In this document: in pieces, positions 11,538 through 24,831 of the stretch | How the letters are laid out: each line of letters opens with the position of its first letter | Position numbering within the stretch: position 1 is the first letter of the stretch | Source of the DNA: an uncultured delta proteobacterium | Lineage (GTDB): Bacteria; Myxococcota_A; Polyangia; Polyangiales; Polyangiaceae | Direction of reading: 5' to 3' | Assembly (NCBI GenBank): GCA_963696385.1 | Contig: CAVOKF010000007.1 | Coordinates: 64,001-128,000 of the forward strand | Length of the DNA: 64,000 bases | The notes under the pieces: model-generated | Seen by the model: the letters and a program-made list of their open reading frames with translations, nothing else | Databases searched by the model: none | What the model was told of the DNA's origin: nothing | Position numbers and translations under genes: made by a program

Positions 11538-12047
11538 GACACTGTCCTCCCTTCGGGCCACCACGTTGGCCGGCCGCTCGATTGGCTTGCGATGGGTACG
11601 AGAGCAAGCCGCACGCCGTGGCTCGGGCGCGCGCGCCGCCCGTCCTGGCCCGTGAATGGCCGCCGATCGCACCGAGTGGGTCTTGCCGGATGCGCTGAAC
11701 GAGCGACGAGCTCCCGTCGTACGACGACGACGCTTCGTCATCCGCCGCAGGATTCCGACCCTCTCCCCTCCCCTCCCCTCGGCCGTGCGCCACCCCGGCG
11801 TGACGGACCAGGGGGGCGCTTCGGCCGCTCGCTGCCGGCCAGGGATCGGGTCAGCAGCGGGCAGTCCCGAGGACCCGGCCGCGGTGGTGGCCGGGGGCTC
11901 GCGCGACGCATGGAGACAGAGGGTGGGCCGGATTGGGGACTGGCCGCATGGGCCGGGAGGCCGTCCGGCCATTTCCCCATGGTATCGTTCGGATCCGCCT
12001 TGAATCCCGCGCCGCTGTGCACCCGCGAGAGTCTCGATGCCGAAGCG

Positions 12048-13596
12048 ATGTGGCAGTACCTGCAACGTCTGCTGGATTGCGTTTACGGCGTGGCCGACAG
12101 CGACTCGCTCATCGACGACTGCCTGGACATCCTGGTCGAGCTGCTGGGCGCGGATCGGGGGCTGATTCTGCAGACGGCTTCGGACGGCAGCTCACGGGTG
12201 ATCCATGCCCGCGCTCAAAAGAAGACGTTGTCGCCGGACGAATGGGAAGAGGTCAGTCGAACCGTCGTCCGCGAGGCCCTCGAATCGGGGCGTTGCGTCA
12301 CCTGGGATCCCCTGGCGACACGAGGCTCGGCCAGCGCGGCCCTTTTGGGCATCCACATCGCGCTCGCTGCGCCCCTCGGGCACTTTTCCCGCGGCGGACC
12401 GCGTGGCGTGCTTTACGTGGACTTTCGCGATATCCGCAAATTCGTCGGAACGCAGCATTCGGCGTTCTTTCGATCGGCGGCGACCGTGCTCGGAGCCGTC
12501 CTCGAGCAGAACGAGCGAGGACTTCTGGCTCGGGATCACCTGCGCGAAGCTCGGCAGCACTGCGTCGACGTACGGCCCACCACGCCGCTGTCGGATTCTG
12601 TTGGCTCCCGCCAGCATGCAGTCGGTCCGCCGAGAGCTCGAATCGGCGCTCGCCAGCAACACGCCGATTCTCATCGTCGGCGAGTCGGGGACCGGCAAGA
12701 CGCTGCTCGCTCAGGCCATCGCCGAAGCGAGCGAGCGACGCCCCATCGTGCGTGCCGTGCTCGGGTCGAGCGACGACCTGAACACCATCACGTCCGAACT
12801 CTTCGGCCACGAACGCGGAGCCTATTCCGGCGCCGCGTTCCGGCGGATCGGTCTCGTCGAATACGCCCACGGTGGCACGCTGCTGCTCGACGAGATCCTC
12901 AACCTGACAGCGCATGCGCAGCAGCTCCTTTTGGACTTTACCCAATTCGGAACGTATCGACCTCTGGGCCACGATCGGCCCGATCCCAAACGCGCCAACG
13001 TGCGAATCATTGCTTCGACCAACGGCAATCTGCTCGCCGCCGTCCGCGAAGGACGCTTTCGCCAGGATCTCTACTACCGACTGGCGGGCGTGACGCTCGA
13101 GATCCCGCCGCTCCGGCAACGGCGCGAAGAGGCCCCTGGGCTCGCCGAGAGCACGCTAAGGCGCGCCGATCCGAAAAGAACGTGGGGACTGTCTTTGGCA
13201 TTGCGCCGATGGCTCGTGTCGCCGAGCTTCGAGTGGTCCGGCAACATCCGCCAGCTCGAACGCGCCGTCGAGCGCGCAAGAGAGCGAGCCGTCGCCCGCG
13301 ACCCGGAAGCAACCGTACTCACGCCGGATCACTTCGAAGCGCGCGACCTCGGCGCGACTTCGCTCGAAGGAAACGAAGTGCGAGGGCCGGAGGACCCGCT
13401 CGGCAGCTCCTGGCAGAAGCTTCAGGGCGAGAGGGCAAGAATCGACGAGCGCGAGCAGGAGGTCATCCGTCGTGCCTTGCACGAGTCCGGCGGAGTGGTG
13501 GCCCAAGCGGCCCGCGCGCTCGGGATCGCGAGGACCACGCTCGCAAGCCGGATCGAAGCGCTCGGGGTGCGATCGGCCAAGCGGGCAGAGTCGTGA
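12048..13596 (+). CDS. GAF + sigma-54 AAA+ + Fis-HTH activator (apparent 1-nt frameshift near 12597)
   Basis: GAF-like part in the frame of 11217..; GESGTGKT, ELFGHERGAYSGA, FRQDLYYRL, WSGNIRQLE and HTH in the frame of 12205.. Confidence 0.85.
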
Positions 13597-13620
13597 GGTG
13601 GCCGGAACGCCGGCCCCCCT

Positions 13621-14676
13621 CTACTCGGCGCACGTGCTCACGGTCTTGGACGGGCACAGCGCCACGATCGCGACGCCGAGGAGCGGCTTGCCGTCTCCCC
13701 CATCGCCGATATCCGCGCAAACGTGGTCGGGTAAAATGATATCGGTAGTGGCCCCGTTGGCCAACGAAGACCAGGTCCGCTCGGGGAGCACGGCCGAGCT
13801 GGTCTGCGTGGTGGCGCGATCGATGGGGATCAGACACCAGTTCGAATCCGTCGCGCAAAAACCGTAATCGTTGCCGACGAGCGTGCGATTCACGACCAGC
13901 GCGACGTTGACCGTCGGTCCTCCAAACGTCATGAGGGACATGTTGTTTGGCGAGACTTGGCACTGTGCAGCGGAGTTGAGCGCCGGCTCGGGCGAATAGA
14001 TCGTCATGTTGCCCGGCTCGAAGCAAGGAATCACGTCGAAGCAAGCGCCGCCGGCGGGCGGCACGTACGCCGGCAAGTCCGAACCGGCGATCGAGACCGG
14101 AAACGTACTGCAGTCGCCCGCCTGGCATGTAAATGTCGGGTCCGGACACGTCGTCCAGCCGCTGGCGGTGACCGTGCACAGGTAGTCCAGGGGCATCGCC
14201 AACATGGTCGGCCCTCCATCGACCGGCAGCGTGACCTGTTGATCGCGCGTAACCCGCACGTTGGATCCGAGCCGTCCTTCGATGTGAATCGCAGCGGCCT
14301 CCAGGAGCGCCACCGTGGCCGGCAAATGGACCCGCTTCATGCCCGCGTCCCCGGCGTCCCCGGCGCAACCACCGGCGTCGGCCATGGTGTCCCGCGCCGA
14401 CCCGACGTCGACGTCCGCAGTCGGTAGGCCCGCGCTTTCGCCCACCAGGCAGTAGGTCTCTTCCAGGGGCTCGCTCGCGTCGCCGGCGCTCGTGATCCTC
14501 AGGTAGATCCGGTCGATGTCGGCCGGCACGGCCATATCGGTCGTGACCACCACGACGACTTCCGGGGGACGGGCATCTTTGCGCGTCGTGCAGGCCGCGC
14601 AGGCCATCGCGCAGGTGAATCCGACGACCCAGAGCCACACCGCGTCGCGGTCGCTTCGCGGCGGATTCCGCATCAT
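13621..14676 (-). CDS. Cys-rich lipoprotein, function unknown
   Basis: Lipobox CAAC, VVVTTDMAVPADID motif; ATGA overlap with the upstream PEGA gene. Confidence 0.65.
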   Translation of the reverse strand: MMRNPPRSDRDAVWLWVVGFTCAMACAACTTRKDARPPEVVVVVTTDMAVPADIDRIYLRITSAGDASEPLEETYCLVGESAGLPTADVDVGSARDTMADAGGCAGDAGDAGMKRVHLPATVALLEAAAIHIEGRLGSNVRVTRDQQVTLPVDGGPTMLAMPLDYLCTVTASGWTTCPDPTFTCQAGDCSTFPVSIAGSDLPAYVPPAGGACFDVIPCFEPGNMTIYSPEPALNSAAQCQVSPNNMSLMTFGGPTVNVALVVNRTLVGNDYGFCATDSNWCLIPIDRATTQTSSAVLPERTWSSLANGATTDIILPDHVCADIGDGGDGKPLLGVAIVALCPSKTVSTCAE

Positions 14677-15809
14677 TGCGCCGGGAAGGTGGCAATCGTC
14701 CCCGGGATCGGACCTACGGGCTGGGGCTCGGTCGATTTGTAGATGAAATAGCCCACCACGCTCGCGCCCGCGGCGACGACGATGCTCCCGACGATCCATG
14801 CCCACGCCGGGATCCCCTTCTTGCGCGGAGCGACCTCGACTTTGCTCGGCTGGGAGAGAACATCGATGATGTTGACGTCGACGACGCGCGTCTGGTCGTC
14901 GACGACCGTGAACTGCGACTCGAACGGTCGCCAATAGTTGGTCGACAGCCCCGTGGGGGTCACGCGCAGCGAGTGAGGGCCACTCGGCAACAGGCCCTGC
15001 CAGGTTCCCCCGCCGACGACGACCCCATCGACGGCAATCGCGTTACGGGCTCCCGCACGGATGACGACTCGCCCCACGTGATCCATGGGCTCGAGGACGG
15101 CCGTCACGCGGACGTCCGCAGAACCGAGGACGGTCACGGTTTGCTCGTAATCGCGGAAATCGTGCTTCTTGACGACGACGCGGTGGGTGCCGAGATCGAC
15201 CCGAACCTGCGGCGCGAGCGGGAGGGTGCCGACGGGCGCGTCGTCGACGACCACCGTGGCGCCCGGCTCGTTGGCCTGCACGTCGAGGCGCGCGGTCAGC
15301 GGCTCCGCCGCGTCGAGAAAGGATCGTGCGGTGCGGGCCGCCTCGGGCGTGATGAGCGGAGAATGCGTATCGAGATAGCGATGCACGAGAACGACGGCTT
15401 TCGCGTAATGCCTCAAGCGCCTCTCGCACGCCGCGGAGTTCCACAACAGCCGCGGGTCGTGCGCCTTTTCGAAGGCGCTATCGAACTTCAATCGCGCGCC
15501 GAAAAAGTCGCCGCTGTCGTACAGGAGCCGCCCTGCGTCATAGTCCCGCTTCGCGTCGCCAAAAAGGATCTCGGAGATCGGAGGGGGAGCCGCGATCGCG
15601 GATGCGACGGGGGCCACCGGCGCGGCGATCGACGACGGCATCGCAGCCGGCGAAGCGGACGACGCGACGTTCGACGGCGGACCCATCGTCGACGGGGCGG
15701 CCGCCCCAAGCGGACTGCCCGACGTTTGCGCCGATGCGAGCGGAGGGGCCGGCGACGACGCTCCGATCAGCATGGCCATCCCGACGATCCACCGCCGCAC
15801 GCCTCGCAC
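14673..15809 (-). CDS. TPR + PEGA-domain membrane-anchored protein
   Basis: Signal peptide, TPR-like LLWNSAACERRL, PEGA (PGATVVVD..VGTLPL, GTHRVVV), C-terminal TM. Confidence 0.82.
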   Translation of the reverse strand: MRGVRRWIVGMAMLIGASSPAPPLASAQTSGSPLGAAAPSTMGPPSNVASSASPAAMPSSIAAPVAPVASAIAAPPPISEILFGDAKRDYDAGRLLYDSGDFFGARLKFDSAFEKAHDPRLLWNSAACERRLRHYAKAVVLVHRYLDTHSPLITPEAARTARSFLDAAEPLTARLDVQANEPGATVVVDDAPVGTLPLAPQVRVDLGTHRVVVKKHDFRDYEQTVTVLGSADVRVTAVLEPMDHVGRVVIRAGARNAIAVDGVVVGGGTWQGLLPSGPHSLRVTPTGLSTNYWRPFESQFTVVDDQTRVVDVNIIDVLSQPSKVEVAPRKKGIPAWAWIVGSIVVAAGASVVGYFIYKSTEPQPVGPIPGTIATFPAQ

Positions 15810-15819
15810 GATCGCCTTT

Positions 15820-17421
15820 TTATTGAAGCTCGATCAGAAGCGGGTTGCGCGCAGACGCCGCGGTCGCCGGTGGAGCCACCCGGACGGTCGCAACGGTGGC
15901 CGCCGTCGTGGCCGACGAAGCCAGAGACTTGGAGGATGGCACGGCCTTCGCTTCCCGCCGCGCCGCGACCAACGCCGTCACCGGTGCTGCGGTCGCGCCC
16001 GCAGAGGACGGACCGTTCGCCGATCGCGACGTCCTCGAGCCATCGGCCCGCACCGTGGCGACGTCGGCCACCGACGGCCTGGCCGGCGAAGCGGGTGCGT
16101 CCCCCAGGGGCAGGGCGCTCGCCGCCAAAGGCGCGGATGCACGCGGTTGCGGACCGGCGACGGCGACTCGCGCCGGATCCGGCCCCGCCGACACCCACCC
16201 CCGGTCGCGAACCGGACCCTTCGCCGAGACGGCCCCAAAGGCGCCCGACGCGGCCACCACGGCCACTGCAGCGAACACCCACGCCGACCCACGACGGGGC
16301 GCGGGCGCGCGCCCGATGGCCCACAACCGCGGAGCCCTTCGAGGCGACCGAGGATTCAACGGGGGCATCGGCAGGTCGTGGTGGGTCGCTACGAGCGAGG
16401 CGTGCCCGGATCCGGGCGCGTGAACGATGGGCTCCGAAGCGACCGCCGACAGCCCGTGCCGCACGGATTCGACCGGACCACCCACCCCCTCTGGAGATGG
16501 GCCTTGGAGGACCGACACCCGGATCGGGGGCGCACCGGGGCCGAGCCCGTCTCGACGAATCCCGGCGAGCGCCTGACGCATCGCGACGGCCGAGTCCCAT
16601 CGGCACGATTTGTCGAACTGGAGCGCCTTGGCGAGCCATTCGACGACCGCTGCCGGCGCATCCGGTAACGCGCTCGCCAACGAACGAGCCGGTGTCGTGG
16701 CCGCTCGGATCAGGATCTGTCGCGCGTTTCCGCCTTCGTGCACGAACTGGCCGCAAAGCATCCAAAAGAGCGTGGCGCCCGCCGCCCACAGATCGGTGCG
16801 CGCATCGATTTCGCCCCCTTCTGCAAGGGCCTGTTCGGGAGCCATGAACGCGGGGGTCCCGAGGGTGGCTCCCGTCCGGGTCGTTTGCACGCCCGCGGTC
16901 GCGTCGCGCAGTCGGGCGATGCCGAAATCGAGAACTTTGAGGGTGCCATCGGTCCGCAGAAACAGGTTCGCCGGCTTGATGTCGCGGTGGACAATGTCTT
17001 TGGCGTGCGCCGCCACCAGAACATCGAGCAGTTGATCCGTGATGCCGAGCGCTTCGCCGATCGGAAGCCGCGTGCCGGCAGGCGAGCCCAGTGTCTCGAG
17101 ATTTTTGCCCTCGAGCAGTTCCATCACGAGGAATGCCGAACCGTCGTCGGCGACGTCGTCGTCCAGCACGGCGACCACACCGGGGTGATTCACGGTATTG
17201 GCCAGATAGCCCTCTCTCAAGAATCGGGCTCGGACATCGCTCCGAATCGTCCATTCCGGGTGCAGCATCTTGACCGCAAACCGCTTCTGGTTGCGGTGCG
17301 TGGCCTCGTAGACCGCCGCCATCCCTCCGATGCCGAGAACGCGGTCGAGCCGGTACTTGCCGCGCAGGACGGTCCCCCTCCGCAGTTCCGCCCTACCGAG
17401 GATGTCCTCGTCGTCAGACAT
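15820..17421 (-). CDS. Hanks-type Ser/Thr protein kinase with a TM segment
   Basis: LGIGGMAAVY, AVK, HRDIKPAN, DFG, GTPAFMAPEQ, DLWAAG. Confidence 0.95.
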   Translation of the reverse strand: MSDDEDILGRAELRRGTVLRGKYRLDRVLGIGGMAAVYEATHRNQKRFAVKMLHPEWTIRSDVRARFLREGYLANTVNHPGVVAVLDDDVADDGSAFLVMELLEGKNLETLGSPAGTRLPIGEALGITDQLLDVLVAAHAKDIVHRDIKPANLFLRTDGTLKVLDFGIARLRDATAGVQTTRTGATLGTPAFMAPEQALAEGGEIDARTDLWAAGATLFWMLCGQFVHEGGNARQILIRAATTPARSLASALPDAPAAVVEWLAKALQFDKSCRWDSAVAMRQALAGIRRDGLGPGAPPIRVSVLQGPSPEGVGGPVESVRHGLSAVASEPIVHAPGSGHASLVATHHDLPMPPLNPRSPRRAPRLWAIGRAPAPRRGSAWVFAAVAVVAASGAFGAVSAKGPVRDRGWVSAGPDPARVAVAGPQPRASAPLAASALPLGDAPASPARPSVADVATVRADGSRTSRSANGPSSAGATAAPVTALVAARREAKAVPSSKSLASSATTAATVATVRVAPPATAASARNPLLIELQ

Positions 17422-17568
17422 GAACGCTCGTAGAACCTACCCCGAGTCCCGGGCCGATGCTACCGCGAGCCTCGGGCACGGGCGTGTTTCGCCCTGCTTT
17501 TCGGCGCAGCCGCCGCGAGCGTGTCGGGCCTGGAAGGCCCCGCGTTCGGCGAACGGGCGGGCGGCCGA

Positions 17569-19698
<2,130 letters not shown>

Positions 19699-19789
19699 CG
19701 AGAGAGAGCCGATTAGCACACATCGGTCGGCGCTTTCGTCGGCAGGGCTGCGCGATCGGGCGTGCGGGCCGAGGAGCGGTGAGTCCGGC

Positions 19790-20845
19790 TCAGCGGATCT
19801 TCTCGCGTGGGTGCAGCCCCGCGCGCCGACTCTCGGTGGCCGGTCGGACGAGAATCGACGGCGCGCGCGGCACCCGGGGCGCGCGATCGAGCGCGCGACG
19901 CAGCGGCAACATGAACGGACGATCGATCGCGCGCCGCAGTTCGCGCGGCGGCGGATCCGCGGCGGCCGCCTGCATCAGGCGCACGTCTCGCGCGAGAGCG
20001 GTCCGAACGAGATCCGCGTCGCCGCCGGCCCGCACCGACGCCGCCAGATCGCGAACCTCCGAGCCTTCCGCGGGCATCGGTGCCACCAGCACCACTTCGA
20101 CGTCCCGCTGGCGCACCCAGGTCGCCTGGAACAGAGAGACGGCGTACCCGCCGAGCTCTTGGAAAAGCGACGCGTGCCACTCGAGCGGAGCGCACAGGTC
20201 GATTCGGCGGGCGCCCACCCGAAGCTCGGCCCTGTCGAGCACGATGGGCTCTCCGCCGGCGTCGGACAAATAGAGTCGGTCCAAAGCGCCGGGCGCGCGC
20301 CGCGCGATCTCGGCGACCAACCTTTCGCCATCGGCCGCCGTGAGCGAGGAGCCCTCGCCCGAGAGAAGGTCGGCATCGGCCGCGGTGCTGGCGCGTTCGA
20401 GGAGCGTCGGTGCCGCCGCCGCGTCATCGGCATCGCGCACGCGCGCTCCGACGTAGCGCGTCGCTCGCGGACTGGTCAGCGCCACACGAAAAGTCGCCCG
20501 GTCGACGCTCGCGAAGACGGCGACCCCGATGGGCTCGTCGAAATCGACCAGCATCGCCGCGCGTCCCCGCTCGAAGCGCAGCACGCCCTCGGGACCGACG
20601 ATCAGGTATCCGGGCGGCGAAATCTTCTGTCGCAGGAAATGGTGGATCACCGCGGCCAGGCCAATGACCCCGACGGAAAGCGCCGCGCGCATCCAAGGCG
20701 CCATCGGCACGGCGCGCACGAGCGCGATCGCAACGGCGAAAGCGACGAGCACGGCCAGTGACACGGCTCCGAGCGCGGAAACGGGCGTGTGCGCAGCACC
20801 GAGCGGCAAGCGCAGGTTCACCGAGGCATTGCGCGACCTGCCCAT
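19790..20845 (-). CDS. Hypothetical membrane protein (two N-terminal TMs)
   Basis: 351-aa ORF collinear with accC and metG; hydrophobic N-terminus. Confidence 0.6.
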   Translation of the reverse strand: MGRSRNASVNLRLPLGAAHTPVSALGAVSLAVLVAFAVAIALVRAVPMAPWMRAALSVGVIGLAAVIHHFLRQKISPPGYLIVGPEGVLRFERGRAAMLVDFDEPIGVAVFASVDRATFRVALTSPRATRYVGARVRDADDAAAAPTLLERASTAADADLLSGEGSSLTAADGERLVAEIARRAPGALDRLYLSDAGGEPIVLDRAELRVGARRIDLCAPLEWHASLFQELGGYAVSLFQATWVRQRDVEVVLVAPMPAEGSEVRDLAASVRAGGDADLVRTALARDVRLMQAAAADPPPRELRRAIDRPFMLPLRRALDRAPRVPRAPSILVRPATESRRAGLHPREKIR

Positions 20846-20915
20846 CCGACATTAAGTAGCACCGCCCGGCGCCCGTTCGACCCTTCTTCGAATCTCGCGA
20901 CGCCTCGCCCGCGCG

Positions 20916-22433
20916 TCAGCCCTCGCCGGACGACGACAGCCGCGCCCGATGGTGAGAAACCCAGGGCGAGAGTGCGGGCGCGCTGTCGGGGCGTGTCTCG
21001 TTCGACCCGCGTTCGATGCGGGCGGCCGCCAGGGCCAGAGCGACGGCGATCGCGTCGCGGGCTTCGGGCGGCGTGGGCGCCGCGACCAGCAGATCGGCGC
21101 GGTGCCGATCGATGAATCCGGTGTCGTAACGCCCCAGCACGAAATCGGGGTGGGAAAAGAGCCGGTCGTGAAAGGCCAAATTCGTCCGAATTCCGGTGAT
21201 GACGTACTCGGAGAGCGCACGGCGCATTCGCGCGATCGCGCGATCCCGGGTCGGCGCCCACACGCTGAGCTTCGAGACGAGCGGATCGTAGTAACTCGAG
21301 ATCGTGCAACCAGCATAGGCGCCTCCGTCATCGCGAACGCCGGGTCCCGCGGGGACGACGAGCTCGCCGATGACCCCGGGCGACGGTAGAAACGTCACGG
21401 GATCTTCGGCGTATACGCGGCACTCGATCGCCGCTCCCCTTCTCGAAAGGTCCTCTTGCCCGAAGCCGAGCGGTTCGCCCTGCGCGATGCGCACCATTTC
21501 TCGCACCAGATCGAGCCCGGTGACCAGCTCGGTGATGGGGTGCTCCACCTGCAGACGCGTGTTCATCTCGAGAAAATAAAAGTCCCCGTCGGGCGTCACC
21601 AAGAACTCGAACGTGCCGGCACTGAAGTAGCCGACGCTCTTCGCGCCGCGGACCGCGATCGCCCCCATGCGGGCGACTTGATCGGCCGATGCGCCGGGGC
21701 TCGGGGTCTCTTCGACGACCTTCTGGTTGCGCCGCTGGATCGAGCAGTCGCGCTCGAACGCGTGGACGACGTTCCCATCGCGATCGCCCAACACTTGAAT
21801 CTCGACGTGACGCGGCCGGTCGAGCGCCTTCTCGAGATACACCGTGTCGTCGCCGAAGAATTTCTTGGCTTCGCTGCGCGCCCGCTCCCAAGCACCGCGC
21901 ATGTCCTCGGCGCCCGCCACGAGCCGCATTCCTTTGCCGCCTCCGCCCGAGGCGGCCTTCAACAGAACGGGAAAGCCGATTTCGTTGGCCCTGACGAAGG
22001 CTTCGTCGAGCGTACCGCACCGGGCGCCCGGCACGATCGGTACGCCTGCGGCGGCCATGGCATCGCGGGCCGACGTCTTGTTGCCCATGACGCGCATCGC
22101 GCCGGCCGGCGGCCCGATGAACGCGATGCCCTCGCGCTCGCACGCCTCCGGCAAGGCCGGGTTCTCGCTGAGAAAGCCATATCCCGGGTGGATGGCGTCG
22201 CAGCCGGTCTTCTTCGCGACATCGACGATTCGGTCGACTCTCAAGTAGCTTTCGGTGGCCCGCGCCGACCCAATCGGATGCGCCTCGTCGGCCACGCGAA
22301 CGTGCAGCGAAGCGCGATCGACCTCGGAGTATACGGCGACGACGCCGATGCCCATTTCTCGCAGGGTTCGAGCGATGCGGACGGCAATTTCGCCCCGGTT
22401 GGCGACGAGGACCTTACGAAAGGAGGAGTGCAC
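20916..22433 (-). CDS. accC: Acyl-CoA carboxylase biotin carboxylase subunit
   Basis: KVLVANRGEIA, HPGYGFLSEN, GGGGKGM, RDCSIQRRNQK, EMNTRLQVEH; start could be 22454. Confidence 0.93.
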   Translation of the reverse strand: MHSSFRKVLVANRGEIAVRIARTLREMGIGVVAVYSEVDRASLHVRVADEAHPIGSARATESYLRVDRIVDVAKKTGCDAIHPGYGFLSENPALPEACEREGIAFIGPPAGAMRVMGNKTSARDAMAAAGVPIVPGARCGTLDEAFVRANEIGFPVLLKAASGGGGKGMRLVAGAEDMRGAWERARSEAKKFFGDDTVYLEKALDRPRHVEIQVLGDRDGNVVHAFERDCSIQRRNQKVVEETPSPGASADQVARMGAIAVRGAKSVGYFSAGTFEFLVTPDGDFYFLEMNTRLQVEHPITELVTGLDLVREMVRIAQGEPLGFGQEDLSRRGAAIECRVYAEDPVTFLPSPGVIGELVVPAGPGVRDDGGAYAGCTISSYYDPLVSKLSVWAPTRDRAIARMRRALSEYVITGIRTNLAFHDRLFSHPDFVLGRYDTGFIDRHRADLLVAAPTPPEARDAIAVALALAAARIERGSNETRPDSAPALSPWVSHHRARLSSSGEG

Positions 22434-22559
22434 GATAGCGTCCCATGGCGCCATACCGCGAACCGCGCATCGGGCCAAGCACCGGACGTGCTAGATGGCT
22501 GTCTCGTGCCCGAGGATCGTAGCCTTTCCTTCGACTTCGCGCCGAAGTCGACGAAGCCT

Positions 22560-23915
22560 ATGGACCCCGAGCCGCGGCCGCTCACGGTCGCGGAGCTCGA
22601 CCGAGCCGTTCGGGCGGCCATCGACGAGGCTTTCGCGGGATCGGTGTGGGTCGAAGGCGAGGTGGCGGATGCGCGTCCGGCGCCCAGCGGGCACCTCTAT
22701 TTCTGCCTCAAGGACGAGCGAGAGGACGCCATGATCGACGCGGTGGTGTACCGATCGAGCGTCACGCCCCGGGTGCGGCAGCTGGCCGTCGACGGGGCGC
22801 GCGTCCGGCTCAGGGGCAAGCCGACGTTCTGGGCGCCGCGCGGGCGGCTTCAGTTGGTCGCCGACCGTGTGCAGGCGGCAGGGCGAGGGGCTCTGCTCGA
22901 GGCGCTCGAGCGTCTGCGCACCAAGCTCGCCGCCGAAGGTCTGTTCGCTGCCGAGCGCAAACGCCCTCTGCCGAGCGAGCCGCGCCGGATCGGTGTGGTG
23001 ACCAGCCCCTCCGGGGCCGTCATCCACGACATCTGCCGCGTCGCCTTCCGCAGAGGCGGCGCGCGCATTCTGCTTTCGCCCGCGCACGTGCAAGGAGCGG
23101 CCGCCGTCGAGTCGATTTGCCACGCCCTCGGCCAGTTGCAGCGGGTCTTCGACGTCGACGTCATCGTCGTCGGACGGGGCGGCGGGTCGGCCGACGACTT
23201 GAGCGCCTTCAACGACGAGGCCGTCGTGCGAGCGGTGGTCGCGTGCCGAGTCCCGGTGGTGAGCGCGGTCGGGCACGACGTCGACGTGACGCTCGTCGAC
23301 TTCGCGGCCGATGCGCGCGCCGCTACGCCGTCGCAAGCCGCCGAACTCGTCGTGCCGGACCGCCGTGCTCGGCTCGAGCTTCTGCGGCGCACTCAAATGC
23401 ATCTCGCCCGCGCCATGCATTCGCAGCTCGCGCGCAACCACGTGGCCTTCATTCGCGTCGCGCGACGACTGGGCGATCCACGGCTCGCGATCTCGGCCCA
23501 CCAGCAAACGCTCGACGACCTCGCAGCCCGGATCGCCGCGCGCGTCCGCAGCACGGCCCAGCGCCGTCGTGACACTCTGGCGCGGCTGCAGCAGCGCCTC
23601 GCGTACCTGCACCCGCGCGCGGTCGTCGCCCGGGAAGGGGCGCAGCTGTCGCGCGCCCACGATCGGCTCCGATCGGCGTGGGCCGCCACCCACGAGCGAC
23701 GCGTCTCGGCGCTCGCGCGCGCGACGGCGCGCCTGCACGCGTTGAGCCCCTTGTCCGTGCTGGCTCGAGGCTACGCGATCGCGACGCGCGAAGACGGCCG
23801 GGCGGTTCGGTCGACCGACGACGTACGGGCCGGCGACGGCATCCAGTTGCGCGTGCACGAAGCGCGAATCGACGCCCAGGTCCTCGGAGTCGAGCCTCTG
23901 GTAGGCCCACGATGA
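22560..23915 (+). CDS. xseA: Exodeoxyribonuclease VII large subunit
   Basis: SGHLYFCLKD, GVVTSPSGA, GRGGGS, SAVGH, AATPS, LSPLSVLARGY. Confidence 0.95.
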   Translation: MDPEPRPLTVAELDRAVRAAIDEAFAGSVWVEGEVADARPAPSGHLYFCLKDEREDAMIDAVVYRSSVTPRVRQLAVDGARVRLRGKPTFWAPRGRLQLVADRVQAAGRGALLEALERLRTKLAAEGLFAAERKRPLPSEPRRIGVVTSPSGAVIHDICRVAFRRGGARILLSPAHVQGAAAVESICHALGQLQRVFDVDVIVVGRGGGSADDLSAFNDEAVVRAVVACRVPVVSAVGHDVDVTLVDFAADARAATPSQAAELVVPDRRARLELLRRTQMHLARAMHSQLARNHVAFIRVARRLGDPRLAISAHQQTLDDLAARIAARVRSTAQRRRDTLARLQQRLAYLHPRAVVAREGAQLSRAHDRLRSAWAATHERRVSALARATARLHALSPLSVLARGYAIATREDGRAVRSTDDVRAGDGIQLRVHEARIDAQVLGVEPLVGPR

Positions 23916-24760
23916 CCGTACGCCGATTCGCCGTCGTGGGCGACCCGGTCGCCCATTCGAAAAGCCCCGTCATGCATGCCGCGGCGTTCCGGGCGCTGGG
24001 TCTGCCGCACACCTACGAGGCCGTCCGTGCGACACCGACGGAGCTGCCGGCCGTCGTCATGGGCCTGCGCGAGGGCCGCTACGACGGGCTCAACGTGACG
24101 GTGCCGCACAAGCAGAGCGTGCTGTCGCTCGTCGACCTGCTCGATGACGGCGCGCGCGTGGCCGGAGCGGCCAATACCCTCGTGCGTCGCGCCGACGGCG
24201 CGATCGTGGCCCACAACACGGACGCTCCTGCGCTCGCGGCCGAAGTGATCCGTATCGCGGGCGCTGCCCGCCCCTGGCCGCAAGCCCGCGCCCTCGTCGT
24301 CGGATCCGGCGGAGCCGCCCGGGCCGCCGTGGTCGCACTCGGAGTGCACCTCGGCGTACGCGACATCGTGGCGCGCGCGCGATCGTTTGCCGATCGATCC
24401 CGGCGCGAAGCGTTCATCGCCACCCTGCCGTGCCCGGTGACGCCCCAGCCCTGGGAGCCATGGCCGTCGAGCGAAGCGCGCACGGGCGCGCTGATTCAGG
24501 CGACGAGCGCGGGGATGCACGGCGCGGACCCCGGCGAGACGGTCCGCGACGTGGTGGCGTGGGACGCCCTGCCCGCGGACGCGGTCGGAATCGACGTCGT
24601 CTACAACCCGAGAGACACCCCCTGGCTTCGCGCCGCGCGCGACCGGGGTCTATCGTGTGACGACGGTCTCGGGATGCTGGCAGCCCAAGGAGCTCTCGCC
24701 CTCACGCTTTGGCTGGGGATCGAAGCCCCGCTCCGCGCCATGCGCGCGGCCCTCGAATAG
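23912..24760 (+). CDS. aroE: Shikimate dehydrogenase
   Basis: GDPVAHSKSP, NVTVPHK, AANT, HNTD, GSGGAAR, DVVYNP, GLGML. Confidence 0.93.
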   Translation: MTVRRFAVVGDPVAHSKSPVMHAAAFRALGLPHTYEAVRATPTELPAVVMGLREGRYDGLNVTVPHKQSVLSLVDLLDDGARVAGAANTLVRRADGAIVAHNTDAPALAAEVIRIAGAARPWPQARALVVGSGGAARAAVVALGVHLGVRDIVARARSFADRSRREAFIATLPCPVTPQPWEPWPSSEARTGALIQATSAGMHGADPGETVRDVVAWDALPADAVGIDVVYNPRDTPWLRAARDRGLSCDDGLGMLAAQGALALTLWLGIEAPLRAMRAALE

Positions 24761-24831
24761 CCGTGCGCCCTCCCGACGACGGCAGCGCGGGCTCGCTTGT
24801 CTCCCGATCCGTCCGTCCTATTTTGTCCCCG

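Noticed and set aside
11217..13739. 840-aa ORF as a single protein
   Set aside because: Only 12048 to about 12596 is protein-like; the rest is antisense to the ECF gene or off-frame.
21456..22559. Long N-terminal extension of XseA (similar extensions on ORFs 2486, 4104, 24657, 46502, 49813, 54608)
   Set aside because: These overlap real genes on the other strand or frame; open frames are expected at high GC.
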